IMG/VR virus record: IMGVR_UViG_3300032303_001353
Location: 1-29,362 of that record
Source: a virus
Taxonomy: Duplodnaviria; Caudoviricetes
DNA length: 29,362 nt
Reading direction: 5' to 3' (one strand)
Shown here: piece by piece, positions 8,639-16,544 of the stretch
Numbering within the stretch: the stretch's first letter is position 1
Layout: each line of letters begins with the position of its first letter
The notes under the pieces: generated by a model
What the model was told of the DNA's origin: nothing
Database searches by the model: none
Seen by the model: the letters and a program-made list of their open reading frames with translations, nothing else
Position numbers and translations under genes: made by a program

Positions 8639-10223
8639 GAACGACACTATTGCGCTGAAGCTCGTTGCCGATAACAATGACCTCACCAAGAAGCTGGGGC
8701 AGAGCACTCAGCAAATCAAGCGCCTTGAGAAGCAACTGGAACGCGCTGGCAAGGGTGGCGGCCAGAATCTTGGTGGTGTCACTAAGAGCATGGGTCTTGT
8801 GGCGGGTGCGACGTTGGGTGCATCGAAGGCGTTTGATTTCCTTGAGTCGTCAGTTCATCGCACTGAGGAGCTGACTAAGGCAACGCTGAAGCTGTCGAAG
8901 GTGACGGGTTTGGACAACGTGTCGAGCGCGGAGTTCGTGCAGGTCGCTCAGTCGCGTGGTGTCAGTGCTGAAAAGTTGAACACGTCATTTTCGGCGTTGT
9001 CGAAGGGCATTTACGCGGCGACGCATGGCAGCAAGAAGCAGGCTGAGGCGTTTGATCAGTTGGGCGTAAGTCAGAAGGCACTGGATAGCGGTGACTTGAA
9101 AACCGTGCTGATGCAAGTCAGTGACGGCTTGAAATCTCAAACCAAAGACGCTGACCGCCTTGCCCTGAGTCAGAAATTGTTGGGTCGAGGCAACAAGGAT
9201 TTGATGGGCGTGTTTGCTGGTGGCAGCAGCGAGTTGAAGAACTCGCTGAACTTGTACAAAGCAAACGCTGAAATGATCGCTGAGGACAGTGGCAACACGA
9301 AGCAGCTTGCGGCTGATAAGCGCAAGCTCAACAGTGCACTCGATGGCGTAAAGGTCAGCTTGGGCACTGCCGTCATTCCTTACATGCGGATCGCTACGGG
9401 TGTCCTCACCAAGTTCTCGAATCTAAGCCCCGGTTTGCGCAAGGCGATCGTGACGCTCGGGGGCATCATTGGTGTGGTCATGGTCGTAGCGAAAGTCACG
9501 CAAGCGTTCAAGGTGTTGTTCCTTGTCCTGAAGGCAAACCCGTGGATTTTGTTTGCAACTATTGCGATTGCTGCAGGCGTGTTGATTTGGAAAAACTGGG
9601 GCAAGATCACTGGTTGGCTGAAAGGCGCGTTCAACTCGATCAAGTCCGTGTTCTGGACTGTCGCGCACGCCATTCAGGACGCTGCCCGCAAAGGCTTTCT
9701 CGGGCCCGCCGCGTGGATCATCACGCACTGGGGTGAGGTCACTAAGTTCATTAGTGGCCTTCCGAGGAAACTGGGTGGTTACGCCAGATCAGCTGGTTCA
9801 GCAATGTGGAATGGGCTGAAGGCAGGCGCGTCAGGTGTCTTGGGTTTCGTGAAGGGCATTTTCAACGGTGTTATTGGCGCTTTGGAATCGGGGATCAACT
9901 CAGCAATTTCGGGTGTGAACTCAGCAATCAAGTTGTTCAACAGGTTGCCGGGGCCTGACGTTGGAACGATTGGCAACGTCAGTTTGCCTCGGTTGGCTCA
10001 GGGTGGGTTGATTACGAGCCCGACGTTGGCGATGGTTGGCGAGGCTGGCCCTGAGGCGGTCATTCCATTGTCGCGTCCAGCTCGTGCAGCGCAGGTAATG
10101 AGGCAGGCTGGGCTGGGTGGGTCGAGCAACAGTTTCGTAATCAACAATTATGGGTCGCAGCTTGACGAGTCGGCACTTGCCGCAAAGATCGGTTGGCAAC
10201 TGCAAGCTAGGGGCGTCGCATGA
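8631..10223 (+). CDS. Tape measure protein (short, 530 aa)
   Basis: Ala/Gly-rich helical sequence, hydrophobic segment (ANPWILF..), Trp/Phe periodicity and C-terminal PRLAQGG...VGEAGPEAVIPL; RBS AGGAGG. Confidence 0.92.
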   Translation: MAKNDTIALKLVADNNDLTKKLGQSTQQIKRLEKQLERAGKGGGQNLGGVTKSMGLVAGATLGASKAFDFLESSVHRTEELTKATLKLSKVTGLDNVSSAEFVQVAQSRGVSAEKLNTSFSALSKGIYAATHGSKKQAEAFDQLGVSQKALDSGDLKTVLMQVSDGLKSQTKDADRLALSQKLLGRGNKDLMGVFAGGSSELKNSLNLYKANAEMIAEDSGNTKQLAADKRKLNSALDGVKVSLGTAVIPYMRIATGVLTKFSNLSPGLRKAIVTLGGIIGVVMVVAKVTQAFKVLFLVLKANPWILFATIAIAAGVLIWKNWGKITGWLKGAFNSIKSVFWTVAHAIQDAARKGFLGPAAWIITHWGEVTKFISGLPRKLGGYARSAGSAMWNGLKAGASGVLGFVKGIFNGVIGALESGINSAISGVNSAIKLFNRLPGPDVGTIGNVSLPRLAQGGLITSPTLAMVGEAGPEAVIPLSRPARAAQVMRQAGLGGSSNSFVINNYGSQLDESALAAKIGWQLQARGVA

Positions 10224-11107
10224 TCACCAGTGTCACGTTGACTCCCCCAATGAACGGCGCTGCAGCCGTGACACTTCATGGCAATAGCCAAACGAATCGC
10301 AACCTTGCTCGCATTCAGGGACTTGTGGGCCCACCGGCACCTCGGGACGTTGTCCGCCCTCGATCACAGGCTGATGGCGTTGTCGATGACAGCAAGTTCC
10401 TGACGGAGCGAATGATCACCCTTGAAGGTGAAATTTGGAACAGCACTGGTGGCGCTGCCCTCAGTGACCTCAGCACTGTCAGTGAAGCGTTCACGTCCAG
10501 TTTACTCAGCCCAGCCAAGCTCACCGTGACTTACGAGAACGGCACAACCCGGTTCTGTTACGTGAAGCTCAATGGTGGAGTCGATGTCAGTGTCGAGGGC
10601 GCATCACGTCTGGTGCAGTACCAAGTGCAACTGAGGGCAGCTGACCCGCGCTGGTACTCAACCACGTTGAACACGGTTACGCTCAGTCGCTCAACTAGCG
10701 GCACGTCGTGGAGTGCTACGACGTCATCGGGCACAACTAACAATGGCACCGCGCCTTCACCACTGACGATTGCTGTGACTGCTGGGTCTGCGTCGTTGAC
10801 CGTCGCTGAACTCGGCGTAACAGTCCCAAGCACGTACGGGTCACTTGTGCCACAAACTTACTTAAGTGCCTTGTTTTCCAACCCATCGTTTTCGATTGTT
10901 GGAACATCAACCGGGTTTACCGTGCCAGCTGGCACGACGCGAACGTTCTACTCATCAACTCGCACAGCTTCAAGCCTCACAGACGTGGATTCTCAAACCG
11001 AGTGGCCCATGATTTATCCGGGCTCGACAACAATGGGAATCGCGTCATCGTCCAGCAACGTCAATGGTGCCTCGTGCGTGTTCACTTGGTACGACGCCTA
11101 CATGTAA
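10220..11107 (+). CDS. Distal tail protein (Dit-like)
   Basis: Immediately after the TMP; motifs ERMITLEG, VQLRAADPRWY, NNGTAPSP and WPMIYPG. Confidence 0.75.
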   Translation: MITSVTLTPPMNGAAAVTLHGNSQTNRNLARIQGLVGPPAPRDVVRPRSQADGVVDDSKFLTERMITLEGEIWNSTGGAALSDLSTVSEAFTSSLLSPAKLTVTYENGTTRFCYVKLNGGVDVSVEGASRLVQYQVQLRAADPRWYSTTLNTVTLSRSTSGTSWSATTSSGTTNNGTAPSPLTIAVTAGSASLTVAELGVTVPSTYGSLVPQTYLSALFSNPSFSIVGTSTGFTVPAGTTRTFYSSTRTASSLTDVDSQTEWPMIYPGSTTMGIASSSSNVNGASCVFTWYDAYM

Positions 11108-12181
11108 ATGGGCACTTGGACAGCCACGATCGAGGACTTCAACAAGAACGTCCTTGCGTACTCAACAACGATGGGATCAGCAACACTGACGTTGCCACTG
11201 AACGCTCCAAGCGAGTTCGCAACATCGTTCTATACGGGTGGCCCTGACGCTGCAGCAATCTTTACTCAGCTCGCATCAGGCGCAGTGTTCATTCGCCTCC
11301 GCGAGAACGGCACGACTCGGTTCTATGGGCAGATGAGTGACCTGCAAGTGCAAGTCGAAGATGACGCCTCAGTGACCGCAACGTTTCAAGACATCACTGG
11401 TCCCCTGGCGTTTGTTCAGACTCGCCAACCAGTCGCGTTCGGGTCAGGTTTCGATGCGATGCCCGCGTATTACAACCTCAGCCAAACATCAATCGTGAAC
11501 AACCTGTTTGACATTCGCTCAGGTGGCATCAGTGGCAGCCAGCACTACGGGCCACTGGTAAAGCCCGTCAGGTCAGGGACCGTGTCAGCCGTCAGGCAAC
11601 TCACGCCAGACACTGCGACCGTCCTTGAAGTGCTGCAGGGCATGAGTGAACTTGCGAATGGCACGGAGTGGTACGCGAGCCCCGTTGGTGGCAGTGACGA
11701 AACCGTTTACATCGCTTCGCAAATGGGGTCAAACAAGACGGCGTCAGTGAAGTTTCAGAATCAGGCACAGAGCTTGGCGAACGTGCAGTCAATCACTTCG
11801 CAATACCTGCCCCCGAGGAACATTGTTTGGGTCAGGGACGATCAGAACCGCGTGCATCGCGTTGGCTATAACGCCGCAAGCATTGACGCCTACGGGGAGT
11901 ACAGCACCGTCATTCAGAAGGTCAACAGGTGGAGTCAAACTGATCAGGACATCGCTGACGCGCAGCTGCGCACAAACTGGCGGCAGATCCTTGACGTGAG
12001 ACTTGAACCAACCGTGTGCCCACGACCGTGGACTGACTTCTATTTGGGTGACACCGTGAAGCTCGATTTGGGTCGTGACAACTGGTCGTATTCGGGTTCG
12101 CAGCGCGTCAATACGATCACGTTTTCGTTTGATGAGCAGCTCGTCGAGCAAAGCATTGGCACTGAGTTTGAGGTGATCTAG
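11108..12181 (+). CDS. Baseplate hub / Tal-like minor tail protein
   Basis: Follows Dit; motifs ASIDAYGEY and DFYLGDTVKL...QRVNTITF. Confidence 0.7.
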   Translation: MGTWTATIEDFNKNVLAYSTTMGSATLTLPLNAPSEFATSFYTGGPDAAAIFTQLASGAVFIRLRENGTTRFYGQMSDLQVQVEDDASVTATFQDITGPLAFVQTRQPVAFGSGFDAMPAYYNLSQTSIVNNLFDIRSGGISGSQHYGPLVKPVRSGTVSAVRQLTPDTATVLEVLQGMSELANGTEWYASPVGGSDETVYIASQMGSNKTASVKFQNQAQSLANVQSITSQYLPPRNIVWVRDDQNRVHRVGYNAASIDAYGEYSTVIQKVNRWSQTDQDIADAQLRTNWRQILDVRLEPTVCPRPWTDFYLGDTVKLDLGRDNWSYSGSQRVNTITFSFDEQLVEQSIGTEFEVI

Positions 12182-12714
12182 TGGCCCGCTACGAACGACG
12201 TCAGAAACTTCACTCAATCATTGAGCGCACGAACAGCCAGTTGATGGCTACGCAGGCAGCGTTCGGGCCGATCGCTACGCGCCGCTGGACGGTTGCTTCA
12301 ACCACGGTGAACACGTCAACGCCAGCCGTGACCGTGGCGAGCGAGAACATCAGTTGCACCCAGGACAGTGTTCTTGAGGTCTACGCGCACGGGTTGGGGA
12401 CAACTAATGGGGCTGGCAAGTACGGCGTCCTGAGTGTTTACATTGACGGCGTCAAGATGTACGCGGACACGTTGCTGAAGTGGGGCGACAGTGGTTCAGC
12501 GGTTAGTGGTGAGCGCAGGTTCAGTTTGCCGGACTCCGTGATTGGCACAGGCAACCCGAACCCGAACCGGCTTGGTGGGTTCGTGGTGGTCATGGACACT
12601 GGCACGGATTTCTTGAGCGCTGGCACGCACTTGATTGAAGTGAAAGTAGAAACCAGTGGTACGAGTGCGTCATGCACAGTGACTGATTTAGCGATTGCTT
12701 ACAGGATTTCGTGA
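12181..12714 (+). CDS. Minor tail / tail-tip protein
   Basis: N-terminal coiled segment then a beta-sandwich (LSAGTHLIEVK); last gene of the tail cluster. Confidence 0.6.
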   Translation: MARYERRQKLHSIIERTNSQLMATQAAFGPIATRRWTVASTTVNTSTPAVTVASENISCTQDSVLEVYAHGLGTTNGAGKYGVLSVYIDGVKMYADTLLKWGDSGSAVSGERRFSLPDSVIGTGNPNPNRLGGFVVVMDTGTDFLSAGTHLIEVKVETSGTSASCTVTDLAIAYRIS

Positions 12715-12917
12715 TGACCGCAGGCGATAAGGAATGGCTCTTGAGAGAACTCGACGGCATCAAGAAGAGCGTTGACAGTGTTGATGAGAAGGTCGATGAC
12801 GTTCGTGAGCGCGTCACCCGCCTGGAGACGAGCAGCAAGGTCACGATTGCGTTCTTGACGTTCCTGATTGGCGCAGTGCCCGTTGGGTTCTTGATTTTCG
12901 ACCACGTCACTCACTAG
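12711..12917 (+). CDS. Coiled-coil plus single-TM membrane protein (holin/XhlA-like lysis accessory)
   Basis: Coiled coil ending RVTRLE, then hydrophobic IAFLTFLIGAVPVGFLIF; directly before the endolysin. Confidence 0.6.
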   Translation: MMTAGDKEWLLRELDGIKKSVDSVDEKVDDVRERVTRLETSSKVTIAFLTFLIGAVPVGFLIFDHVTH

Positions 12918-12928
12918 GGGGATTTGAC

Positions 12929-13639
12929 ATGAGGGAATTGAAGCGCGGCTCAGCGAGCCGTGATGTTGTCGTGCTCAAACAGCGGTTGTTTGCTCACAGG
13001 CGTTGGAGCAAGGCACTTGGGTTCACGAGCGGGTTCGGAAGCATCACGGAGCGTCAGGTCAAGCGCTTCCAAAACGACAAGCAACTGACCGCTGATGGTG
13101 TAGTCGGAACCCAAACATGGGCCGCGTTGAACAGCTCACCCGTCAACGGTCGCGGACAACGCGCACGGGCTGTCGCTTGGGCTCAGGCCCGCGTGGGTGT
13201 CACTGAGCGTCCGAGCGGGTCGAACTGGGGGCATCCAGTGCAGGACTGGCTGCGAGAGGCTGGCTACAACGAGCCTGAGCCGTGGTGTCAAGCGTTCGCG
13301 GATCAGGTGGCTAAGGCAGGCAACCCGAAACTGAACCCAGCGTGGTTTGGTGGCTACACCGTCAGTGTCGTGAACATGGCTGCCCGTGGTGAACGGGGCT
13401 TGAAGCCAACGAACCTGAATCGGATTCAGCCAGGGGACTGGGTGTACTTCGATTGGGGCCACGGCATCGCCCACGTTGGAATGTTCCTCAGGCACAACTC
13501 CAACGGAACAATTCAGACGATTGAGGGAAACACGTCGTTCGATTCGTCTGGGGACCAGAGCAATGGCGGTGCAGTTGCTCACAAGGTGCGTAGTCGTTCG
13601 TCAGTTGCTGCATGCGTTGCAGTGCCCTACAAGAACTAA
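12929..13639 (+). CDS. Endolysin: N-terminal peptidoglycan-binding domain plus C-terminal CHAP domain
   Basis: PG-binding motif VKRFQ...LTADGVVGTQTW; CHAP motifs PWCQAF (Cys), AHVG (His) and TIEGNT. Confidence 0.92.
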   Translation: MRELKRGSASRDVVVLKQRLFAHRRWSKALGFTSGFGSITERQVKRFQNDKQLTADGVVGTQTWAALNSSPVNGRGQRARAVAWAQARVGVTERPSGSNWGHPVQDWLREAGYNEPEPWCQAFADQVAKAGNPKLNPAWFGGYTVSVVNMAARGERGLKPTNLNRIQPGDWVYFDWGHGIAHVGMFLRHNSNGTIQTIEGNTSFDSSGDQSNGGAVAHKVRSRSSVAACVAVPYKN

Positions 13640-13649
13640 GGAGAACCCG

Positions 13650-13817
13650 TTGGACAATAAAACCTCAGCTGTCCAAGCCTTGCTCGCAGCCCTTGCCACA
13701 GCGCTTGTTTCGTCGGGCGCTCTTAGTGGCTCAACCGTCAAGGTGTGGCAACCCGTTGTTGCCGCTGGCATCAGTCTTGCCGCAGCGCTTGGGATTCACT
13801 CAATTCGCAAGAAGTAA
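13650..13817 (+). CDS. Putative holin (55 aa, two hydrophobic helices, basic C-terminus)
   Basis: TTG start after AAGGAGA; VQALLAALATALV and VVAAGISLAAALGI; ends IRKK. Confidence 0.7.
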   Translation: MDNKTSAVQALLAALATALVSSGALSGSTVKVWQPVVAAGISLAAALGIHSIRKK

Positions 13818-13840
13818 CACGAATCAGATTGCAGGCCGCT

Positions 13841-13872
13841 GCCCCTCATCCCTAACGGGGTGGGGGGCTTTA
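13841..13872 (+). terminator. Intrinsic terminator closing the late/lysis operon
   Basis: 12-bp stem GCCCCTCATCCC/GGGGTGGGGGGC (two G-U pairs), TAAC loop, followed by TTT. Confidence 0.8.
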
Positions 13873-13941
13873 GTCGTTCTACTACGCAAGTAACGTCCGC
13901 GCAACGTGCATACGTCCGCCACGGGGGTGACGATTACTGTT

Positions 13942-15168
13942 ATGGCTGGAAAACAAAGAGTTTGGCCGTCACGCGACGAACTCCAAGCACTGCTCGCCCG
14001 GCACACAAGTTGGGACTCCGCAGCTGAGGAACTCAATGTTCCACGAACAACCTTGAACAGCCACTGCCGGGCGTTGAAACTTGCCGCGCCATCAAAGAGC
14101 GAGCCGCTTGAGGTGAAGTCCGTTGTCAGCACGGATCAGGAACTCGGGGACGTTCGCAAACTCATCGAACGCCGAGGCTTGAACCCCGATGACTTCGAGC
14201 TGACAAACATCAGGCTGAACGAGTGGGGCAAGTGCTCGACGTGTGACACGGCGCAGGAGCAGAACCGCGTTGACCTCAGGCCACGGCGGGACATTCTGTT
14301 TCCAGCTCGCTCGGATGGGTGGCAGCCACCTCGGGACAAGATGAGTCGTTGGACTGAAGATGGCCTCATTGCCCTGATGGGTGATCAACACGCGCCGCAC
14401 CATGACGAGCATTTGCACGAGTGCGCCGTTGAGTGGGTCAGGGCGCATCGCCCGGAGCGGTTGATCCTTATGGGTGACTTGATGGATTACGGCGCGACCG
14501 TGAGCCGTCACAAATCGACTGGGTTTGAGCCTTCGTTGTCGAGCAACGTGCAGGCCGCCTATGACATTCTCAGGGCGTTCAAGAACGCCAGCCCAGGCAC
14601 GAAGCTGACGAGCCTCGATGGGAACCATGAGGCGCGTATGAAGAGCGCACTGGAATCGCGTGGGTTGATTCCGTTGGCGTACCTGACGCAGGCTGATGCT
14701 GATGTTCCAGTGTTGTCTACTCGGCACTTGCTCAGGCTTGACGAGCTGGAGGTTGAAACGGTGGAGCCCGCGTGGGCTGGGGCCGGGTACGAGTTCTGCG
14801 AAGTGCAAGTTTGCAAAGGCTTGGTGGCGCGTCACGGACACACGGCAAAGACCGGCAGTGGCGCGAGCGTATTGGAGCACGTCAAGAAACTCAGCCGCAG
14901 CATTGCGATCGGGCACGTGCACAGGTTGGGCATCGTTTACCACTCAACGTGGCCTGACGGTGAACTTCGGCAACTCGTCGGAATCGAGTGCGGAACGATG
15001 GCGCAGATCGAACACGGACTGGGTTACGCCTCAGCGGGCTCACCCGACTGGCAACAAGGTTTCGCAGTGGTGCAGGTGACAGGGGAAGGTGAGGATCAGC
15101 GGTTCGTTGCTGACCTTGCGACTTACGTGAAAGGACGTTTGGCATGGCGCGATTGGTGGACACAATAA
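13942..15168 (+). CDS. Calcineurin-like metallophosphoesterase with N-terminal HTH
   Basis: All five motifs are present: GDQH, GDLMD, GNHE, RHGH and GHVHR. N-terminal SAAEELNVPRTTL is HTH-like. Confidence 0.88.
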   Translation: MAGKQRVWPSRDELQALLARHTSWDSAAEELNVPRTTLNSHCRALKLAAPSKSEPLEVKSVVSTDQELGDVRKLIERRGLNPDDFELTNIRLNEWGKCSTCDTAQEQNRVDLRPRRDILFPARSDGWQPPRDKMSRWTEDGLIALMGDQHAPHHDEHLHECAVEWVRAHRPERLILMGDLMDYGATVSRHKSTGFEPSLSSNVQAAYDILRAFKNASPGTKLTSLDGNHEARMKSALESRGLIPLAYLTQADADVPVLSTRHLLRLDELEVETVEPAWAGAGYEFCEVQVCKGLVARHGHTAKTGSGASVLEHVKKLSRSIAIGHVHRLGIVYHSTWPDGELRQLVGIECGTMAQIEHGLGYASAGSPDWQQGFAVVQVTGEGEDQRFVADLATYVKGRLAWRDWWTQ

Positions 15169-15557
15169 AATGCGAGCACGAGGAGTCACGCGAACCCGGC
15201 AAGACGGGCGTGTGTTACAAGTGCCGCGAGGAGATCACGGGCGCTGGGTGGGTACGGAACCCAGCTGAGGACTACGACCTGCTCTGTCGAGTGAGCCAGG
15301 ACCGTGACCTTGTGGACATGATCTATCGGCAGGTGACGGATCGCGCTGGGACGGATGAGCAATGGCATAGCGTCGCCGTCCGTGATTTCGTGCGCGAGAC
15401 ACGTGAAGAGCTGCTCGACGGGTGCGCGTATTTGATGGGGCAGGCTGATCAGCGAAAGATCCGTGGTTACGTTGACCCGCTCAGCTCAGGCCAGCTGATG
15501 GCGTTGCATCACCTTGTGGAGGCGTACAGGTGCCTGCACACGCCTGACGACGATTGA
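15144..15557 (+). CDS. Hypothetical protein; possible MazG-like all-alpha NTP pyrophosphatase with N-terminal Cys/His cluster
   Basis: ETREELLDGCAYL fits the ExxEELxDxxxY pattern; N-terminal CEH...CYKC; overlaps the phosphoesterase gene. Confidence 0.5.
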   Translation: MARLVDTIKCEHEESREPGKTGVCYKCREEITGAGWVRNPAEDYDLLCRVSQDRDLVDMIYRQVTDRAGTDEQWHSVAVRDFVRETREELLDGCAYLMGQADQRKIRGYVDPLSSGQLMALHHLVEAYRCLHTPDDD

Positions 15558-15676
15558 CCGTATAAACCACGGAGTACTCGTAACGGGATTCATGCAGTTG
15601 CGAAATAACTGATTTTCGGTAGTCTCCGCGCACTGTGACAACAGCGCACACTGACAGAACCCCAACCCAGATTTCA

Positions 15677-15687
15677 GGGGGGGGGGG
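15677..15687. repeat. G11 homopolymer tract
   Basis: Eleven consecutive G in intergenic DNA. Confidence 0.9.
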
Positions 15688-15735
15688 CTTCCTCAGCGTA
15701 GGTAAGCACCTTGCGTTGGTATTGCAGGTGCCGTC

Positions 15736-15918
15736 ATGCTGAAACAAACGCAGCATGACGCTTGGAAACTAGCTGGGACACTCATGTCAGCAGCCCAGGT
15801 CTTGCCCGAAGGCGACCCAGACAGGCATTTGCTGGAAGCGCTGAGTGGTGCGCTTAGTCGCGCTGGCGATCTAAATGAGCAGCGATCATTGGCGCCAGTC
15901 GAGCAGCCAAACGATTGA
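15736..15918 (+). CDS. Small hypothetical protein convergent with and overlapping the repressor 3' end
   Basis: AGGTG 5 nt upstream of the ATG; amphipathic helix-PEGDP-helix pattern; 65-bp antisense overlap with the repressor. Confidence 0.4.
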   Translation: MLKQTQHDAWKLAGTLMSAAQVLPEGDPDRHLLEALSGALSRAGDLNEQRSLAPVEQPND

Positions 15919-16180
15919 GCTCTTCATCAGTGAACCGTTCTTCGAGCGGGCGCTGATCGACAACTAGACCCCAGAGGTCATCAAAGGAAACAGCGAACCC
16001 TTTAGCGATTCGCTGAACGGTCACTGGTTGAGCGCGTGTCTTTGCGTGCTCCAAGTTTTGCCACGTACGCAAGTTCACATCCGCTTGCATGGCTGCCTGC
16101 TGCTGAGTCAACCCGGCACGCATGGCGCGTAGGCGTTCAGCGAGTTTCGTGCTGCCCGTGTTCTCAGGTGTTTCGGCCAT
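15854..16180 (-). CDS. XRE-family HTH immunity repressor
   Basis: LAERLRAMRAGLTQQQAAMQADVNLRTWQNLE...IAKGFAVSFDDL; divergent from the early operon; no peptidase domain. Confidence 0.88.
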   Translation of the reverse strand: MAETPENTGSTKLAERLRAMRAGLTQQQAAMQADVNLRTWQNLEHAKTRAQPVTVQRIAKGFAVSFDDLWGLVVDQRPLEERFTDEELNRLAARLAPMIAAHLDRQRD

Positions 16181-16186
16181 TGGGAA

Positions 16187-16216
16187 ACCCTACCGAACCC
16201 AAGCAGGACTTTTCAG
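16187..16216 (-). promoter_or_regulatory. Putative leaderless promoter of the repressor
   Basis: Minus strand reads CTGAAA-18 nt-TAGGGT-6 nt-ATG, with no SD sequence before the ATG. Confidence 0.5.
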
Positions 16217-16261
16217 AAGTGTGTGGAAACCCCGCAACAAGCGTAGGAAATTGTCGCAAAG

Positions 16262-16290
16262 TTGCTTACGTCCGTATTGCGTAGTAGGTT
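16262..16290 (+). promoter_or_regulatory. Putative early rightward promoter
   Basis: TTGCTT-17 nt-TAGGTT, 32 nt upstream of the first early gene. Confidence 0.6.
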
Positions 16291-16322
16291 GCCGGACAAT
16301 CCACAGACCAGGGGGTTCAGAA

Positions 16323-16544
16323 GTGACAACATTCGTAATCATCGTTGGGCTCGTGTTGCTGCTGGCAGCAGCCACCGTCATGGCGTTCCTTGTTGCCGAG
16401 TTGCGGTTCATGCGACTGGAAGAGCGCGCACTGGAAGGGTTTGACAGGGCCACACGCAAGTTCATGGCGCAGCAGGAGTTCCTGAGCATTGACGACCGCG
16501 CCCGTTTCTTCAACGAGCTTGATCAGTTCAGGGCAGGCCGCTGA
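16323..16544 (+). CDS. Small membrane-anchored protein (first early gene)
   Basis: GTG start after AGGGGG; N-terminal FVIIVGLVLLLAAATVMAFLV followed by a charged helix. Confidence 0.7.
   Translation: MTTFVIIVGLVLLLAAATVMAFLVAELRFMRLEERALEGFDRATRKFMAQQEFLSIDDRARFFNELDQFRAGR

Noticed and set aside
13476-13649. Long N-terminus of the holin ORF
   Set aside because: It overlaps the endolysin; a strong RBS supports the TTG start at 13650.
14092-14943. 283-aa minus-strand ORF (and many other antisense ORFs of 60-200 aa)
   Set aside because: These are shadows of well-supported plus-strand genes in GC-rich DNA, with no motifs or RBS.
15544-15610. Possible hammerhead ribozyme (CTGACGA ... CGAAA)
   Set aside because: The bases flanking the core cannot form the stem II closing pair (C opposite C), and I found no consistent stems I and III.
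15481-15756. 91-aa minus-strand ORF spanning the poly-C/G tract
   Set aside because: No RBS or recognisable motif, and it overlaps the 15144 gene; the PPPP merely reflects the homopolymer.
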